Of a stretch of 64,000 nucleotides of DNA, positions 9,578-18,771 are shown piece after piece. This DNA is from Cyanophora paradoxa CCMP329 (Eukaryota > Plantae > Glaucophyta): contig QPMI01000133.1 of NCBI GenBank assembly GCA_004431415.1, positions 62,001 to 126,000 of the forward strand, written 5' to 3'. The notes under the pieces were generated by a model. The model was not told where the DNA came from. It made no database searches and saw nothing but the letters and a program-made list of their open reading frames with translations. The translations under genes and the position numbers were made by a program. The stretch's first letter is position 1, and the number at the start of each line of letters is the position of its first letter.

Positions 9578-9991
9578 ATGGCGGAACCCAAGATTTCTAA
9601 CAAAGAGGCGATGGCGACACAGCAGGAAAAGCGCAGACCCGGGCGACCAAGGAAGGTGCTCACAGAAGAGGAGAAAGCGGAGAGATTGAGATTAAAACGC
9701 GAGAAAGATGCCGAGCGGCAGCGAAACAAGCACCAAAGGCAAAAGGACGAGCGAATAGCCGCAGGAGAAGCGACTGTATTTACCCCGGAGCAGCTACATA
9801 AGATTGCACTCCGCAAGCAAAAGCGATACCAAGACGATGAAGAGTATCGGGAGAAAATCCGGGAGAAGGCACGGGAATACCAACGCAGAAAAAGAGCGGA
9901 ACGAAAGCTGAATCCGCCCGCAAAAACGCAGCCGCAAAAGCCCGCTGGAAGACCCCGAAAGCATGTCGTCGAGAATGTGGAAAATCCGTAG
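9578..9991 (+). CDS. Small basic DNA-binding protein with two AT-hook motifs
   Basis: RRPGRPRK and AGRPRK flank a K/R/E-rich helix. Confidence 0.7.
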   Translation: MAEPKISNKEAMATQQEKRRPGRPRKVLTEEEKAERLRLKREKDAERQRNKHQRQKDERIAAGEATVFTPEQLHKIALRKQKRYQDDEEYREKIREKAREYQRRKRAERKLNPPAKTQPQKPAGRPRKHVVENVENP

Positions 9992-10122
9992 TGAAAAGTA
10001 TCCAAACGACGCAAAAAATGACTTATTTTTTACCTCCCTTTTTATTCGTCTAACCGGTCAAAAAAGCACTTAAAGAATTGACAACAAGGGTATGAAAGGA
10101 AGGATTTGGTAGATTGCGCTAT

Positions 10123-10135
10123 AATTATTTTCTCC
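10123..10135 (+). promoter_or_regulatory. Shared viral upstream motif AATTATTTTCTCC before pPolB
   Basis: Identical 13-mer at 16194-16206. Confidence 0.6.
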
Positions 10136-10163
10136 ACTTATTTTAGGAGAACTAATAGACAAG

Positions 10164-13100
10164 ATGCCTCGGGCAACGAATAGAATCGCTAACAAAGTTC
10201 GGGAGGAGATTATTGGGTACATTATGATGGGATTAAGTCAGGATTTACTGACAGAAGAGCAAGCGCATTGGGCGATGCACAGCACAATGAACAGGAAGCC
10301 TAAGCTCCAAACATTGATCGACGTTCGGGATACTCTGAGTGGTATCATTACTCCCGCTCCGGTGCCTGTAAACAGAGAGAGGGAGTATCGAAATCGCATT
10401 CTCGATCAGTTGGGTGGTTTCGATGCGGGAACCACAGCCACTGTTCAGTTCCAAATTTGGGGGGATGGATCAGGAAAGCGCTCGAATGAGCAGTTCTTTT
10501 TTCGTGGGAGAAAACTCGTTCCCTATCGCCGGCATCAAGAAACAGCGACAGTTGATGTCCTGAGGCGGTGGGCAAGAATGACAAACGGAGACTTGGGGTT
10601 CCCAACCTCCGCAGATGAGAGTATATTTTGGGAAGAAGAGGGTAAACTGCTGCTCAAAAAGGCTCAGTTCGAGGAATCGCTGCGGCAGGTGTTCTTTGGC
10701 GATACCCTTACCGCATCACAGGAACAAATGTTGAAAATCATGAATCTTTGGGACAGCTTTGATTTTCTTGTAGAAATAACCGGCATCACAGTTCACGGGG
10801 CAGGTGAAGAGCCGGTGGACTTTCTCGATCAACCCCTCAGAGAGAGCATGAGATGCACCGCGGCTGTCAGCAAGTATCTTGACTACAAGCTGAACCCGAA
10901 CGCGGCAACCATCGAGGAACTGATAGAGCTACCACAGTCCTCAGAATCAAATGCCTGTGGCTACGATCTGATCATTTCACAGTGGGGCAGATGCATAGAG
11001 CGCTGTCAAAAGGAGTCCAAACCGCGCTACACCGGTATTAAAATGACCAAAGAGGGTCTATTCAAGTTCTTCCACGGTAGGGAATATCAACCGGGGGACT
11101 CTCTTGCACTCACACTGCGACAGCTCGAAAAGTTCTGCAAGAAAATCAGCACAGGATTCAGGGTGTTTGATGTCAATGGACAGCTGAAATACAAGTTTGA
11201 GTCGGGCACAGTCTCTCGGATCCGACCGCAAATAATCCATTTCATGGTTCACAATCGCCACATCTACATTTTCAACGACAACATCAAGTCCCTCGAAATG
11301 CGGGTCGCGAAAATGAGCCTCGAAGAGGTGGAAGGGGATAAGCAGCCACCGAAATCAGCGCTTGCATCCTATAAAATCCCGACGGGAATGACCTACGATA
11401 TATTCGCGTTCACCTCCAAGGATCTGTTGAAAATCACGGAAATGCAGCTGAATCCCGATGAGTCCGCATATGTAAGAATCCTATATACCGGAGGGCTTCC
11501 GGAGCTACTCCTAACGTTCCTAAAAATGAAATACGAGCCTTCTGTGTCGCTGACTGTCTCAAAGCAGATCAGGAAAATTTCGTTCAAGGCGAATGGCTCT
11601 ATGTTCACTATCACAGATCCACGCATGACTGATCACATGATAGAGCAGGAATTCGAGACCGAAGATTATTATAAGAGGGTTGCAGAGTATGAGAAGGGGT
11701 TTAGGGAATCACTAATTCACGCAGGGAACATTTCGTTTTACAGCCCCACAATTCGCCAGGTGTTTACCAGCTACAAACGATCGGCTTTGAGTGGCTATTT
11801 CGTCATGCCCGACCCTAACAAAGTATACACAGCCGTGGATATGGCAAAGTGCTACCCAGCCATGCTGAAATCAATGGAGTTCCTTCCAAGGTTTAATGTG
11901 TTTGACGATTTCGTTCCTTTCAGAAAGGGCAGCGAAATTCTCGAATATGCTATTTACTTTGTGAGGGTCTTCGGGTTCGAGAGGACGGATCCCGATGATG
12001 AGGATATAGACTTTGATATGGCACGTGCACGCAAGATAGAAGGCATTGAGATTGTACTCGATCGCGCTTTCGCTTCCAATGGTCAGTGCTACAATTTCCT
12101 CACCGGCTACACAATTAAAATGCATTTCAAGGACATAGTGAGCCGCATAGAAATCGTCGCAGTCGCTGAGCCTTCCCATCTCGTTCCCAATACAGCGACA
12201 GCTGAAATTAGAAAGGTTCTTGCAAGCGATCTCCACACAGCCGATAAGAAGCACATCCTTGTGAAAGAGATTGGAATGCTCGGAAAAATGAAAGACTCGA
12301 AAAGTTCCACCAAAATGTTCTATGACAAGGGTGAAGCCGAAGCCTATGCCAAGGAGACAGGCGGCGCAATTGATGTCTTTACCTTTGGAGCAAAGAACGC
12401 AAACCTTGTGAAAGAGCTCGACGATTTCGAGGGTCACATCTATTTCGTGAAGAACGATTTTCACAGGGATCTCGTGAACGGATTCCTTCCGATCCACTTC
12501 CATATTTACGATCGCAATCGTGCACACATGTTTGCTAAATACAAGGAGCTGACAGCAAAGGGTCGCAAGGTGGTGGGCATTAGAACCGACTGCCTTTATA
12601 TTGAGGGCTCATACAAGAGCAAGGAGGAATTCGATCGCAACGACTTTGAGAACATTGGGAGATTCAGCTTTGTTCCGAATCAAACCTGCCCGGAAACACC
12701 TATACGCGAAAGGAGGGGCATGGTCGTGGAGGTAGTAGACCCGGAGACGAGAATGAACCGTTTTCAGTTGAGAGACGAATTTAATCAGGATCATTTCAAT
12801 CAGACAGTGGAGAAATTCGACCGGACTCTGATCCTTGCGGAATCGCCCGGATCCGGCAAGACTACTGCAGGTGTTAATTATTTCGCGACCAAAAAGGGCG
12901 AGAGCTTAGTGATCTGCCCTTATAACAAACAGTGTGCGGAGCTTCGCGATTCCCTCAAAGCCCGAGGGATCACCAATATTTCTGTTCGCACTCTATACAA
13001 TGTTCTCGGCATCCGAGTCTCCAATGATCAGACCTGTGAGGAAACCATGAGCGAGAGCGATCAGAGAGCATTCGTTTCGCAGTTCTCTCACATAATGTTC

Positions 13101-14198
13101 GATGAAGTATTTGCGTATAATATCAGCGACCTTGCAAAAATAAAATCCTTTATGGATAGGTATCCCACAATAAAATATTTGGCAAACGGGGATACCTATC
13201 AGAACGAGCCGATTAACGATGCTCTCTCTGTCTCAGATCGGAAAGCTTACTATAAGCGGGCGGTCGAGAGCATTTACTGCAATATTCTGACTTTGAGGGT
13301 AAATAAGCGCCACAAGAGCGATGCCGACAGGCAGACCATTGCAGCAATAAAAAAGGATCTGTTCAAGGATAGACTTTCGAATGCCGAAGTGATCGAGAAA
13401 TACAAGCTACCGAAAATCGACAGTCTCAGCGCCATCCCTAATGGATTCTTTGGGATCGGATACAGAAACGAGACGACCCTTCTCTATAATAAGGAGATGC
13501 ATAGGAGACGAGAGGCACCTGCAAACGCAATAACAGTCAACGAAATCGCTTTCTACTGTGGCTTGGAAATAGTGTGCCGAAAGTATCTTCGCATCTCTCG
13601 CTCAAAGGAAGAGGTCATTAATGCATACGTTAATTACACCTATCGGATCAGCAAGATAAATTCAAAGATGGTGACCCTTGTAGACGTGTTTGATGATGTA
13701 GCTTTCGAAATGCCATGTGCTTACTTAGAGCACTTCTCGCTACCCTATGCAGGAACAGGTCATTCCACACAGGGACTCACAATTGATTCCGGGATCGTCA
13801 TTTGTGAAGCCACCTTTCCCTATACGACGCGCGAGTGGTTCTACACAGCACTGACACGAAACCGCGACCTTTCTCAGATACTGATTTACACGCCCATCCA
13901 CAAGTACCCAAAGAAGAGCGACTATATGGAATCATTAAAGGCAAAAGTGCGTGGATACAAGGCACAGGATCAAAGGGCGGGTCGTGAATTCGTAGAGGCG
14001 GATTATATTACGCCGGAGTGGATTTTGGAGCGCAAAAAGCAACAGAAGGGTGCCTGTGCTTTATGTTCCCTACCGATTCCGGCTGAGGCACAGGATCCAA
14101 ATTACAGGCTCGTGGTGGATCGCATTAATAACAAGCGCCCGCACGTTAAAGATAATTGTCAGCTTGCCCATCACGGGTGCAATTGCAGCAAAAAATAG
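10164..14198 (+). CDS. Divergent protein-primed family B DNA polymerase fused to SF1 helicase and C-terminal HNH-like domain
   Basis: PolB motif A AVDMAKCYP, motif B-like KKHILVKEIG, motif C GIRTDC. SF1 motifs ESPGSGKT, FDEV, NGDTYQNEP, NKR, TGHSTQGLT, YTALTR. C-terminal CALC...VDRINNKRPHVKDNCQLAHHGCN. Confidence 0.85.
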   Translation: MPRATNRIANKVREEIIGYIMMGLSQDLLTEEQAHWAMHSTMNRKPKLQTLIDVRDTLSGIITPAPVPVNREREYRNRILDQLGGFDAGTTATVQFQIWGDGSGKRSNEQFFFRGRKLVPYRRHQETATVDVLRRWARMTNGDLGFPTSADESIFWEEEGKLLLKKAQFEESLRQVFFGDTLTASQEQMLKIMNLWDSFDFLVEITGITVHGAGEEPVDFLDQPLRESMRCTAAVSKYLDYKLNPNAATIEELIELPQSSESNACGYDLIISQWGRCIERCQKESKPRYTGIKMTKEGLFKFFHGREYQPGDSLALTLRQLEKFCKKISTGFRVFDVNGQLKYKFESGTVSRIRPQIIHFMVHNRHIYIFNDNIKSLEMRVAKMSLEEVEGDKQPPKSALASYKIPTGMTYDIFAFTSKDLLKITEMQLNPDESAYVRILYTGGLPELLLTFLKMKYEPSVSLTVSKQIRKISFKANGSMFTITDPRMTDHMIEQEFETEDYYKRVAEYEKGFRESLIHAGNISFYSPTIRQVFTSYKRSALSGYFVMPDPNKVYTAVDMAKCYPAMLKSMEFLPRFNVFDDFVPFRKGSEILEYAIYFVRVFGFERTDPDDEDIDFDMARARKIEGIEIVLDRAFASNGQCYNFLTGYTIKMHFKDIVSRIEIVAVAEPSHLVPNTATAEIRKVLASDLHTADKKHILVKEIGMLGKMKDSKSSTKMFYDKGEAEAYAKETGGAIDVFTFGAKNANLVKELDDFEGHIYFVKNDFHRDLVNGFLPIHFHIYDRNRAHMFAKYKELTAKGRKVVGIRTDCLYIEGSYKSKEEFDRNDFENIGRFSFVPNQTCPETPIRERRGMVVEVVDPETRMNRFQLRDEFNQDHFNQTVEKFDRTLILAESPGSGKTTAGVNYFATKKGESLVICPYNKQCAELRDSLKARGITNISVRTLYNVLGIRVSNDQTCEETMSESDQRAFVSQFSHIMFDEVFAYNISDLAKIKSFMDRYPTIKYLANGDTYQNEPINDALSVSDRKAYYKRAVESIYCNILTLRVNKRHKSDADRQTIAAIKKDLFKDRLSNAEVIEKYKLPKIDSLSAIPNGFFGIGYRNETTLLYNKEMHRRREAPANAITVNEIAFYCGLEIVCRKYLRISRSKEEVINAYVNYTYRISKINSKMVTLVDVFDDVAFEMPCAYLEHFSLPYAGTGHSTQGLTIDSGIVICEATFPYTTREWFYTALTRNRDLSQILIYTPIHKYPKKSDYMESLKAKVRGYKAQDQRAGREFVEADYITPEWILERKKQQKGACALCSLPIPAEAQDPNYRLVVDRINNKRPHVKDNCQLAHHGCNCSKK

Positions 14199-14236
14199 GG
14201 TGGAAAAAATTGTCGGAAATTAATTAGGGAGAGGGC

Positions 14237-14245
14237 AAAAATTGA
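14237..14245 (+). promoter_or_regulatory. AAAAATTGA, Imitervirales-type early promoter motif, upstream of RING gene
   Basis: Exact match to the mimivirus/CroV early motif, ~50 bp before ATG 14297. Confidence 0.5.
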
Positions 14246-14296
14246 CATGTTTGTTAACTCCCTCGGACAGTCAAACAACCAAGTAAGTCAAGCAAA

Positions 14297-14782
14297 ATGG
14301 AACAGTTCATTGCATACTTCAAGGCGAACAAGATTGCCTATAAGGATGTCACTAACATTTTCACTCGGGATTTTGGAAAAGGCTTTGTACGAATTACAGA
14401 GCTGGCGATGAAGACCCCTGACATCGTGTATATTGGTCAGATTAAGAACATATCACCCGTGATGAGACTTGTATGTGGTTTTCAAAATAGTGAGATCCTA
14501 CTGATGAAGAACGACAACTGGTGCTCTGACGCCAAGTTTACGGAATTCCGAGTTAAATCATTTGTGGAAGGTAAACTACCCACATGTGTTGTGTGTTCTG
14601 ATGATCAGACCACCGGATTAGGCTGTGGGGTTTGCTATTCCACTGTGTGTGAGAGTTGCTGGCTGAAAATGAATAAAAAAGGCGATTTCAAGTGTCCTTT
14701 GTGCAGAACCAAAATTGGAGCGCCCTGCAAGGAGCAAATTGGCGAAACGCTGTGTGTTTACATGCCGAAGCAAGAAAAATAA
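14297..14782 (+). CDS. RING finger protein (putative E3 ligase)
   Basis: CVVC...CGVC...CESC...CPLCR. Confidence 0.78.
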   Translation: MEQFIAYFKANKIAYKDVTNIFTRDFGKGFVRITELAMKTPDIVYIGQIKNISPVMRLVCGFQNSEILLMKNDNWCSDAKFTEFRVKSFVEGKLPTCVVCSDDQTTGLGCGVCYSTVCESCWLKMNKKGDFKCPLCRTKIGAPCKEQIGETLCVYMPKQEK

Positions 14783-14800
14783 ACATGTTTAATAAAAAGA

Positions 14801-16183
14801 ATGTCGCGGATCGTTAGAAGAGTAGCGGGCGAGGAAACGGAGACGACCCTGTTACCAATCGCGGTTCCCGATTACGAAAAAGTACCCCAAAAAATCACAA
14901 AACGCCAAGCAAAATCCAATCTATTAGGAGATGTTCCTTTTAGACTTGCGAACCCATCCTCTAAGATTGTGCGGCGCATGTATGACCCAAAGACAGGTTT
15001 TAAGAACCCCTCCGCAATATACGAAGAGCTCAAAAAAGAGGACAAGAGCCTCACATTGAAAGATGTGCAAGAGGTCGCAGCCAAACAAGAATTCATGCAG
15101 ATCAACAAGAAGCCCCCCGCGCCGACTCAGACAGCTTTTATTCCCATCACAGCCCCGCCGTGGTGCTATCAAGCGGATCTCATCTTTTATCTCTCATATG
15201 GCAATTATAATTCCGGCTACATTGCAGTCCTTACTCTCATAGAGATGACGAGCCGAAAAGCTTATGCCAAGAAGTTAAAGAATAAAGAGGGGGCGAGTGT
15301 TGCCGCCGCTTTTGCCGAGGTGCTTGCAGAGCTCCCGGCTCCTATGGTTCGGTTGGAGACAGATAACGGTTCGGAATTCATTGCAAAGGAATTTCAGGAG
15401 GTCGTTAAAAATAATGCGATCGAGCACCGCTTCAAGCAGGTCGGAGATCACACTTCGCTTGGAATAATGAATCGCTTTCATTTGACCCTAAAAACGATGA
15501 TAAACAATTACTGTGTCGCATATAATACAGTGCGGTTCATGGACAAGCTGGACGACTTCGTTTTCAATTACAACAACACCCTTCACCGAACCATAGGAAT
15601 GAAACCGGAGGATGTGAAGCTCTCAGATATGGCGCGGATCCGAGCGACTATTATCTCAAAGAAGAATACGATCGTCAAGGATATATTCAGCGACTTTAAG
15701 CCTGGTCTCCACGTCCGCCTGTTATTGTCGAGATCAAAGTTCGATAAAGGGGCGACTCAAAGGTATAGCAGAGAGGTGTACAAGATTGTGGGAAGGAAAG
15801 GGAACGCAATAGAGGTGCAAGATGCAGCCGGGAATCTCATGCCGAAGCTGTTTAAGCCGCATGAATTGCAGATCATTTCAGAGGTTGAAGCAGTGGTGGA
15901 GCCCTCGGGCAACGCAATTAAATCAGCGGAAGTAGAAGCAGCCTCTATCCGGCAGGTTCAAAAGGAAGGAATCGATGTTGCCGCAAGCGTTCCCAAAGGG
16001 GCTCTATTGGAAGATCGCACAGAAAAGACAAAGAGGGCACTGAGAGAGCTCGCCAAATTAACGATCGCGGGCACTGAGAAGCTCTCAGAGGTAAATAGTC
16101 AGCGGTGGTATAAATCATTCAAGAATCAGAGCGCAAGCTACACAGCCCCTACTACGCGAATTCTTCGGTCTTCTCGTTCATAA
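14801..16183 (+). CDS. Retroviral-type (rve) integrase of Polinton/PLV type
   Basis: YQADL, LETDNGSEF, MNRFHLTLK, YNNTLHRTIGMKP, FDKGATQRYS. Confidence 0.92.
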   Translation: MSRIVRRVAGEETETTLLPIAVPDYEKVPQKITKRQAKSNLLGDVPFRLANPSSKIVRRMYDPKTGFKNPSAIYEELKKEDKSLTLKDVQEVAAKQEFMQINKKPPAPTQTAFIPITAPPWCYQADLIFYLSYGNYNSGYIAVLTLIEMTSRKAYAKKLKNKEGASVAAAFAEVLAELPAPMVRLETDNGSEFIAKEFQEVVKNNAIEHRFKQVGDHTSLGIMNRFHLTLKTMINNYCVAYNTVRFMDKLDDFVFNYNNTLHRTIGMKPEDVKLSDMARIRATIISKKNTIVKDIFSDFKPGLHVRLLLSRSKFDKGATQRYSREVYKIVGRKGNAIEVQDAAGNLMPKLFKPHELQIISEVEAVVEPSGNAIKSAEVEAASIRQVQKEGIDVAASVPKGALLEDRTEKTKRALRELAKLTIAGTEKLSEVNSQRWYKSFKNQSASYTAPTTRILRSSRS

Positions 16184-16193
16184 CAAACCCTAA

Positions 16194-16206
16194 AATTATT
16201 TTCTCC
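16194..16206 (+). promoter_or_regulatory. Shared viral upstream motif AATTATTTTCTCC before DUF5710-like gene
   Basis: Identical to 10123-10135. Confidence 0.6.
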
Positions 16207-16222
16207 GGTGAATATAAAAGAG

Positions 16223-16537
16223 ATGGAGGGTGAAAAGCATTTTATTGACATTCCCTATGAGAAGAAAGGCGTTGCGAAATCCCTCGGTGGTAAATGGGAT
16301 CCCGAGCATTCATGCTGGTATGTGACGAAGAAAGATCATGAGCTCTGTTCTCTATTCAAGACTCTAAGCTATGAGCAAGTGCATCAGAGGAACGTGAAGG
16401 TTTATCTCGATATTCCTTTTGAATTTAAGGATCAAGCGAAGGCTGAGAGAGCCCGCTGGGATCCCGTTATGCGATGCTGGTATGTCATGGGTCTCGATCA
16501 CCCGCTAACTGGAAAGTTTCCGCTCAAAGAGCATTAA
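16223..16537 (+). CDS. Protein with two DUF5710-like repeats
   Basis: IDIPYEKKGVAKSLGGKWDPEHSCWYV and LDIPFEFKDQAKAERARWDPVMRCWYV. Confidence 0.78.
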   Translation: MEGEKHFIDIPYEKKGVAKSLGGKWDPEHSCWYVTKKDHELCSLFKTLSYEQVHQRNVKVYLDIPFEFKDQAKAERARWDPVMRCWYVMGLDHPLTGKFPLKEH

Positions 16538-16565
16538 GCAAGCGCAATGTCGCTTTTTTCATTTT

Positions 16566-16958
16566 TTATGAAATTGGGAACCTTTGCTCAACCTGTAAGT
16601 CCCACTTTCGTACTTTTAGTCGTTCCTGTATGAGTTCGTTAATGTCCCGTGCTATACCCATTGTCTTCGCTTCGGCATTTGTGCCGCATGTAAATATATC
16701 GATCGCTAATAGCCCCTGGTCGCTATAAGAGTGAGCCGTCGCATGCGATTCATCTAATAGAAAGCCAATCGCGAAACCGGGAGGGGAAATAGAGCCATCG
16801 AAAATGCAGGTGTGCTGGTGCACGATGCGCATCTTGCGATCTGTTATATATTGCGATAGGTTCGCTGTGATCCACTCGGCGCATGCCTCCGGGGACTCGG
16901 TGAACGGCTCGGTTATATAGTCGAGCATAACGTGGTAGCCGCGGTATTGAGAATCCAT
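16566..16958 (-). CDS. speD: S-adenosylmethionine decarboxylase proenzyme, short prokaryotic type (pyruvoyl)
   Basis: GYHVMLD, H...F...PPGF, LLDESHATAHSY (E-S autocleavage site), AIDIFTCG; 130 aa. Confidence 0.88.
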   Translation of the reverse strand: MDSQYRGYHVMLDYITEPFTESPEACAEWITANLSQYITDRKMRIVHQHTCIFDGSISPPGFAIGFLLDESHATAHSYSDQGLLAIDIFTCGTNAEAKTMGIARDINELIQERLKVRKWDLQVEQRFPIS

Positions 16959-17725
16959 TATTATTTAAGTCGATATTTTTGTGAGCTGTGAGCTGTGTGT
17001 GCTTTCGTAGCCGCCAAATCGCGCCCTTTGCGAATCAGACCGCGCCACTTCGTAGTAGTGTAGAAAGACTCTATACGGACACGGATGCAAAGTATGACTA
17101 GTGGAGCCCTCCGGGAACGCGCGCCGGCGCTCAGAATGTAGCGGACACCTCGGTTTTCGGGCACTTGTGACTATGGCGAATTCGCGCTTCGCGCCACTGT
17201 TGAGTAAGCTAGTCAAACTAGCACCAACATGCCCGGAAGCAAGTTACGAGCACGTAGCAATTGAGAGCGCGCCGAGATCGGCTCGCTGTCCAAAGTTATG
17301 CCCGGAAAACGAAAGGGGGGGTCGCCGCCGAGTCGCGATCGCCGGGCGCCGGAGCCGGAACCTTAGGTAAATATTTGGCGGCGGCTATTATGGTTGTAAC
17401 TGAGAATTTGAAAGGTATAACAGACCAACTACAAGGTTCAGCTATACTGGCGCTTTCCTTAGGCGCGTTGCCTGAGCTTGCCGGCGCCGCAGTGCTACCG
17501 CCGAGTCGGCGCCGACCGGTATTCAGCTCGGGCACGCCTGGTTCCCTTGCTGTGAGCCCCGCATTTTTTTATAAAAATGCATTTTGCACATGATTTATTG
17601 AGCCTATGATACTTATATGGACGTGCTAGCCTCGTTAAGACGGTCACAGCGCTATTTTCCGTTTTGCAAGGCGATGAGCTGGTGAAGAGATACAAGCGTT
17701 CGACGGTTTGTATGGCGCCAATTCT

Positions 17726-17855
17726 TTCCCCCCATCGTTCTGACAACTTCCCCCCATCGTTCTGAAATCATCCCCCCATCGTTCTGACAACTTCCCCCCA
17801 TCGTCCTGAAAACTTCCCCCCATCGTCCTGAAAACTTCCCCCCATCGTCCTGAAA
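17726..17855. repeat. Tandem array of ~6 x 22 bp
   Basis: Units WTCCCCCCATCGTYCTGAMAWC start at 17726, 17748, 17770, 17792, 17814 and 17836; no spacers. Confidence 0.95.
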
Positions 17856-18183
17856 TGTCCGAAATTCCCTGGATTGGTATACAAATGTAAGTGTCTCATA
17901 TGCGAAAAAAGAGAAAAACCAAAAACAATAAAAGTTGTGCGGGATCACTTACACGGAGGTTCGGACATATATACGAAATATATACAGGACTGAATCGTTA
18001 TTCTTTTCATAGAACTCGCATGTAGTTTGCATGTATCTTGCATAGTGGGCGGGGCTTTTCTCTCCAATGGGTGTATCGGTGTCCACCACCTCATTTTTCG
18101 AATATGTACATATGTACTTTTCTCGATGGCATCGCCGATCACGATGCACAAAAAATAGGGAACATCAGCCTCGAAAATTTGTA

Positions 18184-18771
18184 TTAGTTCTTGGGGTGCT
18201 TTTTGCGAGTCTCATTGAAACACTTGCGACATTTTGAATATAGACCATCTTTGGCAGTACTTCTTTTATTATAATCACTTGCAGGCTTTTCGATCTTGCA
18301 GGCTGAACAGACCTTAGATTCGACGTTAATCTTTGGGCACATCTTCATTGATTCGGCATGCATTTTAGTATATTCGTTGACACAATCTTTGCATGATGAG
18401 TTGAACCCGTCAGCATTCATAGCATTCCTGTAAAACTCAGAGATTGGCTTAGTCTCTTCGCATTTGGTGCAAGTTTTGGACTCGATTTCAGGCTTTGGCT
18501 TTGAGGCAAATTTGGAAGCTTGTTCGGTGTGAACGATTTTAAAGCATGGGGCACAATATGCTTGCAGAGTAATGTTCCCCGATTTCAGCTTCCTCTTTCC
18601 ATACTCACAAGCCGGCTTCGTTTCCTTGCAGCGGTTGCATTGCTTTGACTCAGGTATGGGAAGTTGCCCCACAATTGGATACGGGATCAGTGGCGGCATT
18701 TTAGACAGCGGGATGCATTGAACAGTGAAAGGCATTTTTGTAGGATGACAGCGTTTATAAAAAGTTGACAT
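18184..18771 (-). CDS. Protein with three CxxC...CxxC Zn-ribbon repeats
   Basis: KQCNRCKETKP..CAPC; KTCTKCEETKPISEF..CKDC; KVCSACKIEKP..CRKC. Intronless. Start may be 18771 or 18735. Confidence 0.75.
   Translation of the reverse strand: MSTFYKRCHPTKMPFTVQCIPLSKMPPLIPYPIVGQLPIPESKQCNRCKETKPACEYGKRKLKSGNITLQAYCAPCFKIVHTEQASKFASKPKPEIESKTCTKCEETKPISEFYRNAMNADGFNSSCKDCVNEYTKMHAESMKMCPKINVESKVCSACKIEKPASDYNKRSTAKDGLYSKCRKCFNETRKKHPKN

Noticed and set aside
17726-17855. CRISPR array
   Set aside because: Units are directly adjacent with no unique spacers, no cas genes, and the context is eukaryotic.
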